A stretch of 64,000 nt of DNA. It comes from a virus. Under the pieces are notes generated by a model that worked only from the letters and a program-made list of their open reading frames with translations, had not been told where the DNA came from and made no database searches. The stretch covers positions 1 to 64,000 of the IMG/VR virus record IMGVR_UViG_3300042558_003617; one strand, given 5' to 3'. The translations under genes and the position numbers were made by a program. Positions 10,703 through 21,400 of this stretch are shown here, piece by piece (position 1 is the stretch's first letter; the number at the start of each line of letters is the position of its first letter).

Positions 10703-11511
10703 CTACTGGTGCCCTGGTATTTGCATTTAACAACGAACAAATAGACTATGTGTCCATGGCACGTTGGACAGCCAACAACATCCGTAGACATCTAAACATA
10801 CCAGTTTGTTTGATCACCGACACACAACAGCAGGATCTGTCAGGCTTTGACAAAGCCATCTGTGTTGGACCTGCTAACCTTGGCATAGCAAACAAACGAT
10901 ATTTTAGTGATTACAACACCACAGTAACCTGGCACAACACCAATCGCATGGATGCTTATGCATTAAGTCCATGGGATCAGACCCTGGTACTGGATGCAGA
11001 CTATGTCGTTGCAAGTAATCAACTTGGCACAATTTTACAAAGCCCCGATAACTTTCTTGCACATCGCTGGGCCAGTGACGTAACTGGGTTGACTGATTTT
11101 ACTGGGCTTAATTATTTTGGTAACTATCGCATGCCCATGTGGTGGGCTACTGTAATGATGTTTAGGCGTAGCGACACAGCCAAAATGATATTTGATGCTA
11201 TGAGCATGGTTCGAAATAATTGGATGCATTATAGAAATCTCTATGCAAACAATTCCGGCACATACCGCAATGACCATGCCTTGAGCATTGCGCTAAACAC
11301 AGTTAACGGGCACATGCAGCCACAGTGCAGTATACCCTGGAACCTAGCAAGTTTGTTACCTGAGCACAAACTAACACAGCTGGGACAGGATCATTACAGA
11401 GTTGATTTTGTCACCGGCGACAATAAAACTCGTTGGATCAATTTGCAACAACAAGATTTCCATGCCATGGGTAAATTACAACTAGGGGAAATAATTGCCA
11501 ATACTTGCTGA
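10699..11511 (+). CDS. Glycosyltransferase-like protein (GT-A)
   Basis: 'SPWDQTLVLDAD' DxD motif. Confidence 0.6.
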   Translation: MTTGALVFAFNNEQIDYVSMARWTANNIRRHLNIPVCLITDTQQQDLSGFDKAICVGPANLGIANKRYFSDYNTTVTWHNTNRMDAYALSPWDQTLVLDADYVVASNQLGTILQSPDNFLAHRWASDVTGLTDFTGLNYFGNYRMPMWWATVMMFRRSDTAKMIFDAMSMVRNNWMHYRNLYANNSGTYRNDHALSIALNTVNGHMQPQCSIPWNLASLLPEHKLTQLGQDHYRVDFVTGDNKTRWINLQQQDFHAMGKLQLGEIIANTC

Positions 11512-12283
11512 GCGTGGGTACTTGATCCCAGCTATCAATTCTGACACTGTTAGCTACACTGATTGCGCAGAAAAATTGGCAATCAGTATTCGACAATGGC
11601 ATCCAGATGCAAACATAGCAATCATGACCAACGACCGTTGTGACTGGAGTTTGTTCACACATGTTGTTGAATTACCAACTAGCAACATTCACGGGTATGC
11701 CAACGATTGGCAATGTTTTTCAGCCAGCCCGTATCGCCAAACAATCAAACTTGAAGCTGACATGTTGTGCACAAGTCCCGTGGATCATTGGTGGCAGTTG
11801 TTTGAGCATAGAGATGTTGTGATAAGTCAAGGGTGTAGGACATTTTACAATGAGCCTGCAACCAGTAGATTTTACAGAAAATTGTTTGACACCAACAATC
11901 TGCCAGATGTGTACAATGCAATAACATACTGGCGATTGAGTAAAACTGCCCGTGAGTTTTTTGATGTGGTTCGCAACATATTTGAAAATTGGCCACAGTG
12001 GCGAATGTTGCTTAAATTTCCCGATGACCATGCAACAACTGATGTGGTTTATGCCATGGCGGCAGTGATTGTGGGAGTGGAAAATGTCACATTACCAGCA
12101 GAACTAGGTCCAAGTATTGTGCACATGAAAAGACACATCCAGCCAATACACAGCAATAACTGGACACAGGAACTGGTATGGGAACACACTAATCCTGGAC
12201 TACGCATCAATTCAGTAGCTCAGACTGGTATGTTTCATTATCACGTCAAGGATTGGTTAGAACATGACTCAAGCAACAACTGA
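11495..12283 (+). CDS. Glycosyltransferase-like protein, paralogue of the preceding gene
   Basis: 'SPYRQTIKLEAD' aligns with 'SPWDQTLVLDAD'; similar C-terminal HxK/HYH motifs. Confidence 0.55.
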   Translation: MPILAERGYLIPAINSDTVSYTDCAEKLAISIRQWHPDANIAIMTNDRCDWSLFTHVVELPTSNIHGYANDWQCFSASPYRQTIKLEADMLCTSPVDHWWQLFEHRDVVISQGCRTFYNEPATSRFYRKLFDTNNLPDVYNAITYWRLSKTAREFFDVVRNIFENWPQWRMLLKFPDDHATTDVVYAMAAVIVGVENVTLPAELGPSIVHMKRHIQPIHSNNWTQELVWEHTNPGLRINSVAQTGMFHYHVKDWLEHDSSNN

Positions 12284-12614
12284 TAACTTCTGGGCTGCAC
12301 TAACTGCCTGGAATCCACCTGCACCTGCACCTGTATTCTATCGGTTATATTACAATGACCAAGGACGGCCGTTATTCTACACCATGGAAGACTTGCCCGG
12401 TAACTACATAGAAGTTGATCTAGAAACCTATTTAATCAGCCCCACAAACGCACGAGTGGTCGACGGCCACCTAGTGCTAATTGAGACTCGACAATTTAAT
12501 AAATTACGTCCTGGACAGGATGGCACATGTTGTGACCCAACCAATGTGGCCATTGTGGTAGAGCCTAGCGAACCACACATCAAATGGAGTTTGAATAACC
12601 ATGCACAAGATTGA
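12264..12614 (+). CDS. Hypothetical protein
   Basis: 116 aa, overlapping its operon neighbours. Confidence 0.65.
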   Translation: MTQATTDNFWAALTAWNPPAPAPVFYRLYYNDQGRPLFYTMEDLPGNYIEVDLETYLISPTNARVVDGHLVLIETRQFNKLRPGQDGTCCDPTNVAIVVEPSEPHIKWSLNNHAQD

Positions 12615-13527
12615 TATTGCAGATCTAGACTGCATATATTTAAGTTACGACGAACCACAAAAAGAAGAGTTCTGGGTCAAAATCAAAAACATGATTCCCT
12701 GGGCCAAACGTGTGGATGGAGTCCAAGGTAGTGATGCGGCACACAAGGCCGCTGCCGCTGCCAGTGATACTGAACGTTTTGTTTTGATTGATGGTGATAA
12801 TTTACCTGATGAAAAATTCTTTAACCTGACTATAGAATACCAAGACACCGACTGGGAAAATGCAGTGTATCGCTGGCGTGCTCGTAACCACATCAATGGG
12901 CTCATGTATGGCAACGGTGGTATCAGTAGCTGGACACGTAAGTTTGTCAATGACATGAAAACACACGAAGCAACAGATGGGCGTACCGAAACTCAAGTGG
13001 AGTTCTGTTTTGATCCCTTGTACTGGAGCATGTACGATTGTTATTCAACCACATACCCCAACGGCTCGCCCAAGCACGCCTGGCGTGCCGGCTTTAGGGA
13101 AGGGGTCAAGATGTGCCTGGACCGTGGCCGACGTCCCACAGTAGTTGAATTCCGTGACCGTGTGCATCAACGCAACCTTGATCATCTTACCATATGGCAA
13201 AACGTTGGGTTGGATGTTGACCAGGGTGCGTGGGCCATTGCTGGTGCTAGAATGGGCACATACATGACCATGCTAACTGACTGGGACTATAGAGATGTGC
13301 AGAGCTTTGATGCATTGGACCAGCTTTGGAAATCTATCCAGGGAGTGGATTCGGCTGAATTGATTGTGAGATATCAAGAGCAGTTGCACACTCAGTTGGA
13401 CCTGCCAATGAATACTTTGCTACACAAAGAAAGTGAATTCTTTAAACATCACTATCGTAGCAACTGGCACAACCGTGGTGTAATGACACGAGAGATAGAT
13501 GTTATCAGACAACAAGAAGGTTGGTAA
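12601..13527 (+). CDS. GT2-like glycosyltransferase
   Basis: 'LSYDEP...RVDGVQG...AH', 'IDGD' DxD motif, 'AWRAGFREGVK'. Confidence 0.6.
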   Translation: MHKIDIADLDCIYLSYDEPQKEEFWVKIKNMIPWAKRVDGVQGSDAAHKAAAAASDTERFVLIDGDNLPDEKFFNLTIEYQDTDWENAVYRWRARNHINGLMYGNGGISSWTRKFVNDMKTHEATDGRTETQVEFCFDPLYWSMYDCYSTTYPNGSPKHAWRAGFREGVKMCLDRGRRPTVVEFRDRVHQRNLDHLTIWQNVGLDVDQGAWAIAGARMGTYMTMLTDWDYRDVQSFDALDQLWKSIQGVDSAELIVRYQEQLHTQLDLPMNTLLHKESEFFKHHYRSNWHNRGVMTREIDVIRQQEGW

Positions 13528-13530
13528 CAC

Positions 13531-14025
13531 ATGAGTTGGCGGATCCAGCAGTTGCAAGGACTTGGCTGCAACATCTTGCAAGACAAATATCTTGTTGATT
13601 TTGTAAAACAACACAGCATTACTAGCCTGGAACTGCACGGCGACAATGATGTTGAGTACTTTCAGTCTCAGTTGCCAGATTGCAAAATTGGAACAGTGCA
13701 CAACACTGGATTGCTGGCAGTGTTTGTGAATCAACTTGATAACAAACTAGAAGAGGTATTGCTGGCAATTGATAAAAAAATACAAGCTGCCAACCCAGAC
13801 TGGGTTTACATAGCAATTAACAAATACTTAATAACCACTGACCAACACTGGCATAATCTCACGGACAATTATGACCAGGACCTGATTGACATAGTTAGTT
13901 TGTCTCTACTGCCGTTGAATTTTGTAAAAATCAAACAGTCTTACATTGAACACGATGATGGCACACATTTTAATTTTGTTCATCCAACAACAAACATGTA
14001 TTATGAAAAAAAATTATGCATGTAA
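13531..14025 (+). CDS. Hypothetical protein
   Basis: 164 aa ORF in the operon. Confidence 0.6.
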   Translation: MSWRIQQLQGLGCNILQDKYLVDFVKQHSITSLELHGDNDVEYFQSQLPDCKIGTVHNTGLLAVFVNQLDNKLEEVLLAIDKKIQAANPDWVYIAINKYLITTDQHWHNLTDNYDQDLIDIVSLSLLPLNFVKIKQSYIEHDDGTHFNFVHPTTNMYYEKKLCM

Positions 14026-14567
14026 AACAAAAATTATTTGCCTGGAGAGTGTACAAAGCACTACATCCTTTATTGAGATTTAGAAAAATATCGCCTGTCC
14101 CAGTGGCATTTATTAAAAACAACATGGTCAACGGCAGCACCATGTCAATTGATAGTTTCCCGTACACACTGCCCAAAGATATACAGATTGACAAAATAAT
14201 TGAATTAACAGACTCACAAGTGATATGGAATAAATTACATGTGCACAATGTCAGTTTTGTTGATTCGTACAACCATGTACCAGACTCAATTCAGTACAAC
14301 AACATAATTTTAGCAGGCCTAACTGAATTTAGATACCGGACTGTGGCTGATTGTGCCAGAGTTATTGGCAAACTTGTTCCTGTATTAAAACAAAATGGGC
14401 GTGTTATAGTGACAATTCCAATTACCACGTTGTTGTTTCATAGATTAAAATTTTCGTACAATCAAGTGATTGATGAATTAAATTTACATCTGGCATCAAG
14501 CGGATTGACCATAACAGACAGATTATTGGACATTGACATTTTTTACATAACAGCAACACAATTATGA
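14016..14567 (+). CDS. Hypothetical protein, possibly a methyltransferase-like fold
   Basis: 'LVPVLKQNGRVIVT' resembles the class I MTase LKPGG strand; weak support. Confidence 0.45.
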   Translation: MHVKQKLFAWRVYKALHPLLRFRKISPVPVAFIKNNMVNGSTMSIDSFPYTLPKDIQIDKIIELTDSQVIWNKLHVHNVSFVDSYNHVPDSIQYNNIILAGLTEFRYRTVADCARVIGKLVPVLKQNGRVIVTIPITTLLFHRLKFSYNQVIDELNLHLASSGLTITDRLLDIDIFYITATQL

Positions 14568-16480
14568 TCATAGCATTTTACCCCGGCGCAGGTGGAAACA
14601 GATACTACCAATATCTAACAGGAACAACGGAATTCACCAGTCACACCACCTATGATCATTTGCTTAAAAATCAACGTTTTGAATACCGTTACCTAACAGC
14701 AGACTCAGTCTTGCCAGATCAGGACCTGATACTCACACACTGTGTAAATGCTCCGTTGTTGAGTCGGTTGTTTCCGGGACAGAAAATCACAATCATCAAG
14801 TCTGATTTGGGTAGCAGTCTACAACGAGAGTGGTATCTAGAGGATCAGTATCGTGACAAAGACATGCCCGGCAAATTAGAGCATGCCAAGGCACATGTAT
14901 CGTACCATAAAAAATATTACACTGAATATCCACTGGACACAACCGGCGCTGACATCATTGTCAACATCTCCCTGGATCAGTCTGACTTTGCTCAAATGAT
15001 GCGAATGGAATTGGCAACAATCAACAGTGTGGAATATCAACAGGCCATTGCAGAATATCAACCGCATGATCTGACTCAGGTGTCTGGGGATAAAATTGTG
15101 GATGGATTCAAAAGCAAGTTTCTTGACGATGCCGAAACCATGAAACAACGACTGGACACAGTAAGTCCCAGCATGTGTCTAGCCAAGTGGAAACAGGTTA
15201 GTCTGCACCTGGCCACAGGCCTCAATAACAGTTGTTACCATCCACCATTGCATGAAATTCGTCTCGAAGACATCAAGCGAGGCCCAAGCGGATTGCACAA
15301 TACTGAACACAAAAAACAACAGCGTAAATTAATGCTTGATGGTGTGCGCCCTGCAGAATGCAGTTATTGCTGGACCATGGAGGATAACGGCAAGCTGAGT
15401 GATCGGCATTACCGCAGCGGAGAATCTTGGGCTGAAAAAGATTTTGGAAAAATTGTAAGCGCAAACTGGGACGATGATATTGTGCCTAGTTATGTAGAAG
15501 TCAATTTCAATCATGCTTGCAATCTACGCTGTAGTTACTGCTCTCCTCAGTTTAGTTCTAGTTGGGCTGATGAGATTGCTAGACAGGGAGGTTACCCCAC
15601 CAGTACCGAGCATAACTCACCGTCTCACTTTGTTGGAACTCGAACTCCAATTCCTGTGAGAGAAAACAATCCCTACGTTGAAGCGTTTTGGCAGTGGTGG
15701 CCTACTCTGTACCCTGAACTGGTGCACTTTCGCATGACCGGCGGCGAACCGCTCATGGACAAAAACACTTATAGAGTGTTTGACTATGTGATTCAAAACC
15801 CGTCAAAGCAACTACACTTGAATGTCACAAGTAACTTTTCAGTAGACCAAGTGCTATTTGACAAATATCTAACAGCAGTACAAAACATTTGTGACGGGCG
15901 CATAGAACACTTTATGCAATATGTCTCCTTGGACGGATGGGGCTCACAAGCAGAGTACATGCGTCATGGCATGGATTTTGATCTAGTTTGGAGTAGAGTA
16001 GATCAATACCTGACTCAAGTGCCCAGTTACAACAGCCTGACGTTTATTATCACAATGAACAATCTCTCTGTGAGTAGTCTGCCACAACTGCTTGAAGGCA
16101 TACTAGAACTACGCCGCAAGCACAGCACCACATATCAGCGTGTGTGGTTTGATACGCCTGTACTGCGCGACCCTGCATGGCAAAGCTTGCAAATTTTGCC
16201 TGAATCTTATGCACAAAAATTAGAGGACATTAGAGATTGGATGAGCACACACTTGACCACACCCGACAACCCTTATCATGGATTCAAGGACTACGAAGTG
16301 GCACGTTTGGACAGAGACATTGCCTGGATGCGCAGTGGCCAAACTGCTGATCACAATGTGGCACGAGCAGATTTTTATCGTTTTTTTACTGAACACGATC
16401 GCCGCCGCAACACAGATTTTTTAAAGACCTTTCCCGAAATGCGAGCCTGGTGGGCAGAATGTGAATACAATGCTAGATAA
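14564..16480 (+). CDS. Radical SAM enzyme with a Cys-rich domain before the core, fused to an extra N-terminal domain
   Basis: CNLRCSYC, 'TGGEPL'; upstream C..KW...SC...CxxC; extra N-terminal 'YPGAGGN' domain. Confidence 0.85.
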   Translation: MIIAFYPGAGGNRYYQYLTGTTEFTSHTTYDHLLKNQRFEYRYLTADSVLPDQDLILTHCVNAPLLSRLFPGQKITIIKSDLGSSLQREWYLEDQYRDKDMPGKLEHAKAHVSYHKKYYTEYPLDTTGADIIVNISLDQSDFAQMMRMELATINSVEYQQAIAEYQPHDLTQVSGDKIVDGFKSKFLDDAETMKQRLDTVSPSMCLAKWKQVSLHLATGLNNSCYHPPLHEIRLEDIKRGPSGLHNTEHKKQQRKLMLDGVRPAECSYCWTMEDNGKLSDRHYRSGESWAEKDFGKIVSANWDDDIVPSYVEVNFNHACNLRCSYCSPQFSSSWADEIARQGGYPTSTEHNSPSHFVGTRTPIPVRENNPYVEAFWQWWPTLYPELVHFRMTGGEPLMDKNTYRVFDYVIQNPSKQLHLNVTSNFSVDQVLFDKYLTAVQNICDGRIEHFMQYVSLDGWGSQAEYMRHGMDFDLVWSRVDQYLTQVPSYNSLTFIITMNNLSVSSLPQLLEGILELRRKHSTTYQRVWFDTPVLRDPAWQSLQILPESYAQKLEDIRDWMSTHLTTPDNPYHGFKDYEVARLDRDIAWMRSGQTADHNVARADFYRFFTEHDRRRNTDFLKTFPEMRAWWAECEYNAR

Positions 16481-17612
16481 TCGTAAACTTATACTTGATA
16501 CAATGTGCGAAGTTTATGATCAATTAAAGCCCTGGCTGGATGATCATTTCTACAATTTCAACAAGCACAACATAGTACCAGGCGCCATTTATGTAATTGG
16601 CCGCGCACAATATAATTTAAATAAAGATCGAATCAGAGAGTTAGTGACCTCCAACACAATCAGTGTTGTGTTGAGCAATCCAGCCGAAGGCAGCGAGACA
16701 TTAAAAGCACACTGCGAGCATGTGCACAACTGCGCGGATCTAATACAATCCGGACGTGTGTTATTGGTTGGTGGTGGGGACATGGATGAAACCTGGCCCT
16801 GTTTACTGTATGATAGTTTCTTGCCCAAGATACACGACTATGAAGAAAACATCGCTGCTATTACACAAGCACAGGCGCTGTACTCAACCACTAACAAGCC
16901 CTATAAGTTTTTGTTTCTAAATGGGCGTATTCGTGGGCATCGTAAGTTTCTAATAGAAAAACTCAATATCATGGGCCTGCTAGATCAGAGTTTATGGAGT
17001 TGCTTGGAGGGCGGGCTTGGTGGCAAAATTAATTTGTCTGTGCCATTTAATGGTCAAGATCTAATGCTCACACATCGAGATCCGCATCTTTTACCGGCTC
17101 ATTATGAAGTTGATCGATACAGTGTCAATGTAGATCGCAACCTAGGACACGGCTACATCAAATTTGGGTTGTTTAATCAAGAATGGGGAGAAATATATCT
17201 CAAGGCCGATCCCTATATCGACACCTACTTTAGTCTAGTATCAGAAACAGTGTTTGAATATCCGTATTCATTTAGAACTGAAAAGATATGGAAGCCTGTG
17301 GCCATGGGACATCCTTGGATAGCAGCAGCCAATCGCGGATACTATCGCGACATGCGTAACCTAGGCTTCAAGACATTTGGGCATGTGATTGACGAAAGTT
17401 TTGATTTGATTGACAACAGCCAGGATCGACTCACACGTATTACACAGGTAGTTGAAGATTTGTGTGCTCAGAATCTAGATGAATTCCTTGCGGCCTGCTC
17501 CAGCGTATGTAAATACAATCAACAGCACATGTTAGAACTGCGTGACACTGTGCGTGATGAATTCCCCGAGCGTTTTCGTCAATTTCTTAAAGAAAACAAA
17601 TTTAATGACTGA
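16470..17612 (+). CDS. Putative GT-B glycosyltransferase-like protein (TEK..KP family, copy 1)
   Basis: 'FLFLNGRIRGHR...LVSET...TEKIWKP...GFKTF...DESFD' shared with 26526 and 27701. Confidence 0.55.
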   Translation: MLDNRKLILDTMCEVYDQLKPWLDDHFYNFNKHNIVPGAIYVIGRAQYNLNKDRIRELVTSNTISVVLSNPAEGSETLKAHCEHVHNCADLIQSGRVLLVGGGDMDETWPCLLYDSFLPKIHDYEENIAAITQAQALYSTTNKPYKFLFLNGRIRGHRKFLIEKLNIMGLLDQSLWSCLEGGLGGKINLSVPFNGQDLMLTHRDPHLLPAHYEVDRYSVNVDRNLGHGYIKFGLFNQEWGEIYLKADPYIDTYFSLVSETVFEYPYSFRTEKIWKPVAMGHPWIAAANRGYYRDMRNLGFKTFGHVIDESFDLIDNSQDRLTRITQVVEDLCAQNLDEFLAACSSVCKYNQQHMLELRDTVRDEFPERFRQFLKENKFND

Positions 17613-18936
17613 TTTAGATTTTAAACACACAGTACTGGACAAACTGTCTAACAGTTTTTGTGCTGCCAAATGGTACAACGCCACTATATGGCTAGGAAGT
17701 GGGCAAACTACCAGTTGTCATCACCCACTGCCGCATGCAATTGACGTTGAAGAGATCAAGTTAAACCCCAGCGCACTGCACAACACTACCAAAAAGAAAA
17801 TGGAACGTGAGCAAATGCAACGGGGAGAACGTCCCAGCGGCTGTGAATATTGCTGGAAGGTAGAGGACATTGGTCGTGACAACATCAGCGACCGTGTGTA
17901 CAAAAGTAAAATTTACGAAATAAAGGATTTGAAACATGCTTACGCAACTCCAGCCCGTGAAGACTTTAATCTCAAAACATTGGAAATTGCTTTTGATCGC
18001 ACTTGCCAGTTTGCTTGTAGTTACTGTAATCCTGCTTTCAGCACTACATGGGTTAACGACATTAAACGAAACGGGGCATACACAGGACTTGTATCAGACG
18101 GGCGCAATCACTTTACTCATACTCATGATAGCAGCCAATTGTATAAATTCGGTGAGGTTAATCCTTATGTGGAAGCGTTCCACCAATGGTGGGAGTCAGA
18201 CCTCCACAGAACACTACAAGAGCTAAGGATCACCGGTGGTGAACCCTTGATGAGTGCCGAAACATGGCGACTAATTGAGTGGTTTAAAACCAACAAAGGC
18301 AAGAGTACCACACGCTTGGCCATTAACAGTAACCTAGGCACCGATGTTGATGTTGATCGCCTGTTAACTGCTATTGATGGTGTGGAAGTAGACCTATACA
18401 CTTCAAACGAAGCAATGAGTTTACAAGCAGAATACATTCGTGATGGCCTGGTATTTGACGACTGGGCAAACAATGTAGAACGTTTGTTAAGCTCGGGCAA
18501 GTTCCGTGGCCTACACGTTATGTGTACCATTAATGCACTGTGCTTGACTACACTGGATTCATTTTTAGAGTGTGTGCTGAATTGGAAGCGCGAATACGGA
18601 AATGATTCCATTAATGTCAGCTTGAATATTCTACGTTTCCCTAGTTTCCAAAGCCCGTTAGTGTTACCCGATCATTTACGCCAAGAACTTCAACAGCGAT
18701 TGGTCCAGGTCATGGTTGATAATAAAGGATCAAGCTTGTTCCAGGAATTTGAGTGGAATCAATTACAACGCCTAGTAGACTATTTAGATGTGGTCAAAAC
18801 ACCACATGCCGGAGCCGCTGAACAATCAGTGCTACAGCAAGACTTCAAACAGTTCTACACACAGTACGACAACCGCAGGGGTAAAAACTTTGCGGATGCA
18901 TTTCCGGAACTGACCGAGTGGTATAATTCACTATAA
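17605..18936 (+). CDS. Radical SAM enzyme (N-terminal twitch-like domain)
   Basis: CQFACSYC, TGGEPL; close paralogue of the C-terminal part of 14564. Confidence 0.9.
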   Translation: MTDLDFKHTVLDKLSNSFCAAKWYNATIWLGSGQTTSCHHPLPHAIDVEEIKLNPSALHNTTKKKMEREQMQRGERPSGCEYCWKVEDIGRDNISDRVYKSKIYEIKDLKHAYATPAREDFNLKTLEIAFDRTCQFACSYCNPAFSTTWVNDIKRNGAYTGLVSDGRNHFTHTHDSSQLYKFGEVNPYVEAFHQWWESDLHRTLQELRITGGEPLMSAETWRLIEWFKTNKGKSTTRLAINSNLGTDVDVDRLLTAIDGVEVDLYTSNEAMSLQAEYIRDGLVFDDWANNVERLLSSGKFRGLHVMCTINALCLTTLDSFLECVLNWKREYGNDSINVSLNILRFPSFQSPLVLPDHLRQELQQRLVQVMVDNKGSSLFQEFEWNQLQRLVDYLDVVKTPHAGAAEQSVLQQDFKQFYTQYDNRRGKNFADAFPELTEWYNSL

Positions 18937-20195
18937 TGACATACAATTACAACTCAACAGATCTAGTACATGCCACAGAGCTGACCGAGCGTGAGGAATT
19001 TTTATTAAAAGATTCAAAAACGTTTTGTATCTATCCTTGGATACACTTACACGCATACCCCACAGGCGAAGCATATCCTTGCTGTCATGCTGAAATGAAG
19101 CCGGGTGTGGTAGGCAACTGTAGAACCAACACACTTGAGGAAATCTGGCGCGGCAAACCCATGCAAAAGCTACGTGCAGATATGTTAAGCGAAACGCCCA
19201 ATGCTGCCTGCACACGTTGCTACGAGCAAGAAGAATCGGGGTTCTTTAGTGGCCGTAAGAGCGCCAATAAACATCACGGGCATCAGATCAAGAAGTTGGA
19301 AGACAACCCGTTTGAAATGACTTACTGGGACATTCGTTTCAGCAACTTGTGTAACCTAAGTTGCCGTAGCTGTGGCCATATCTTTAGTTCAAGCTGGTAT
19401 CAAGATCAAGCCAAGTTAGCTGGCGGAGATTGGAAAGCACAAAACAAAGTATTAAACTACGCAGGCCGCACAGAAACAGACATGTGGACTCAATTGATTC
19501 CCCATTTAGACTATGTGGAACAAATATACTTTGCCGGGGGTGAACCATTATTAATGGAAGAACACTACAATATCCTGGAAGAACTGGTTCGACGTGGGCG
19601 CACAGATGTCAGACTGATATACAACACAAACTTCACACATACAGACCTTAAAGGTCGCAGTGTATTTGAATACTGGAAGCAATTTAAATCAGTTGCAGTG
19701 GGTGCCAGCCTGGACGACATGGGCTCACGCGGTGAATACATACGTAAAGGCACAGACTGGGGTGTGGTGCGCCAGAACCGTATAGATATGTTGGCCACAT
19801 GTCCCGACGTGGATTTTTACATCTCGCCTACACTAAGCATCATGAATGCAATGCATCTGTCAGAGTTTCATCGTGCTTGGGTAGACCAAGGATTGATTCG
19901 CGCACAAGATCTCAATGTAAACATACTACAAGATCCACAGCACTACAGGATTGATATTGCTCCGTTGAAATACAAAGCACAGTTACACGCAAAGTGGACA
20001 CAGCATCTAGAATGGCTTCGTCCCCAGGATCGCCTGGGTCGTGCCACCCAAGGATTTGAGTCAGCTATTACGTTTATGAACGCAACAGATAATACTCATT
20101 TAATTGATACATTCTGGCGCAAAACACATGAGCTAGATACCATTAGAAAAGAAAACATTCTAGATGTGATCCCAGAATTAAAGGCCCTAAAATGA
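18936..20195 (+). CDS. Radical SAM enzyme (N-terminal twitch-like domain)
   Basis: CIYPW...PCC...CTRC, then CNLSCRSC, AGGEPL. Confidence 0.9.
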   Translation: MTYNYNSTDLVHATELTEREEFLLKDSKTFCIYPWIHLHAYPTGEAYPCCHAEMKPGVVGNCRTNTLEEIWRGKPMQKLRADMLSETPNAACTRCYEQEESGFFSGRKSANKHHGHQIKKLEDNPFEMTYWDIRFSNLCNLSCRSCGHIFSSSWYQDQAKLAGGDWKAQNKVLNYAGRTETDMWTQLIPHLDYVEQIYFAGGEPLLMEEHYNILEELVRRGRTDVRLIYNTNFTHTDLKGRSVFEYWKQFKSVAVGASLDDMGSRGEYIRKGTDWGVVRQNRIDMLATCPDVDFYISPTLSIMNAMHLSEFHRAWVDQGLIRAQDLNVNILQDPQHYRIDIAPLKYKAQLHAKWTQHLEWLRPQDRLGRATQGFESAITFMNATDNTHLIDTFWRKTHELDTIRKENILDVIPELKALK

Positions 20196-21400
20196 ACCTG
20201 CCTCATGAGAAGTTTTGTGTATTGCCCTGGGTCAGTCTGGAAGCCAGTCCCATAGGAACTGTGCGTCCTTGCTGTCTAGCTGATGATGAGCTGGTGGATG
20301 ATGCTGGTCAAAAGTTCTCATTGTTAACTGCTGACTTTGCCTCTGTGCAAAATTCCAAATCAATGCAATCTCTGCGTGAACAATTCCTTCAGGGGCAACA
20401 GCCCAAAACATGCCGCAAGTGCTGGAACGAGGAAGATGCTGGCCGCACCAGCAAACGCATGCACACCCTGGACAGACTCAAACACATGGGCATTGATACA
20501 GACTGGACAGCACATGCCAAGCCCCTGATGTTCTTGGATTTAAAACTAGGCAACATTTGCAATTTAAAATGCCGTATATGTGGATCGTGGAGTAGCAGTC
20601 AATTTGCCACAGAAGAACTGAGCTTTTTGCCACGTGAGGAACAAAAGCAGTCATTTCATTATCAGATGCTACGTGCCGGGGCTTGGCCTAGGGACAACAA
20701 GAATTTTTGGCAGGAAATTGATTCAATATTGAGTCAGATCAAATATATTGAATTCACCGGTGGCGAGCCATTTATGATTCAGGAACATTTTGACATGTTG
20801 CAAGGCATGGTGGATCGTGGCATTGCTGGCAACGTGGAAATACATTACAACACAAATGGAACACAATTCCCAGATCAAGCACCGTCAATTTGGAAACATT
20901 TTAAAACTGTGGAAATTGCCATCAGCATCGACGATGTAGGGTCAAGATTTGAATATCAACGCACCAACGCCAGTTGGCCCAAGGTAGTAGATAATCTTGA
21001 TCGTTTTCGGGCGTTAAGGACTCAAATGCCCAACCTACAGTTGCAATGCTGTAGTACTGTGAATATCTTTAATGTGTGCTATCTTGAAGACACTGCATTG
21101 TGGATCAGCCTACAGGACTTTGACTTTGTGTACTGGAATATCATGCATGATGCTTGGTATTTTAGTGTGGCTGCTTTGCCTGCACATGCCAAGCTAGAAA
21201 TCACACAGTACCTACAACAAGCCAGTACAGAATATCGTGCTGACTTTGATGGAATCATTGATTTTATGAATCAAGGAACCAGCACTTCGGGTGAGAGAAT
21301 CTGCGCAGAAATACGCCAATTGGATCAACGTCGTGACACTGATTTAAAATGGGCCATACCCAAATTGTCGCAATTGCTGAATTATGTCAAAAACATCTAG
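20192..21400 (+). CDS. Radical SAM enzyme (N-terminal twitch-like domain)
   Basis: CVLPW...PCC...CRKC, then CNLKCRIC, TGGEPF. Confidence 0.9.
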   Translation: MNLPHEKFCVLPWVSLEASPIGTVRPCCLADDELVDDAGQKFSLLTADFASVQNSKSMQSLREQFLQGQQPKTCRKCWNEEDAGRTSKRMHTLDRLKHMGIDTDWTAHAKPLMFLDLKLGNICNLKCRICGSWSSSQFATEELSFLPREEQKQSFHYQMLRAGAWPRDNKNFWQEIDSILSQIKYIEFTGGEPFMIQEHFDMLQGMVDRGIAGNVEIHYNTNGTQFPDQAPSIWKHFKTVEIAISIDDVGSRFEYQRTNASWPKVVDNLDRFRALRTQMPNLQLQCCSTVNIFNVCYLEDTALWISLQDFDFVYWNIMHDAWYFSVAALPAHAKLEITQYLQQASTEYRADFDGIIDFMNQGTSTSGERICAEIRQLDQRRDTDLKWAIPKLSQLLNYVKNI

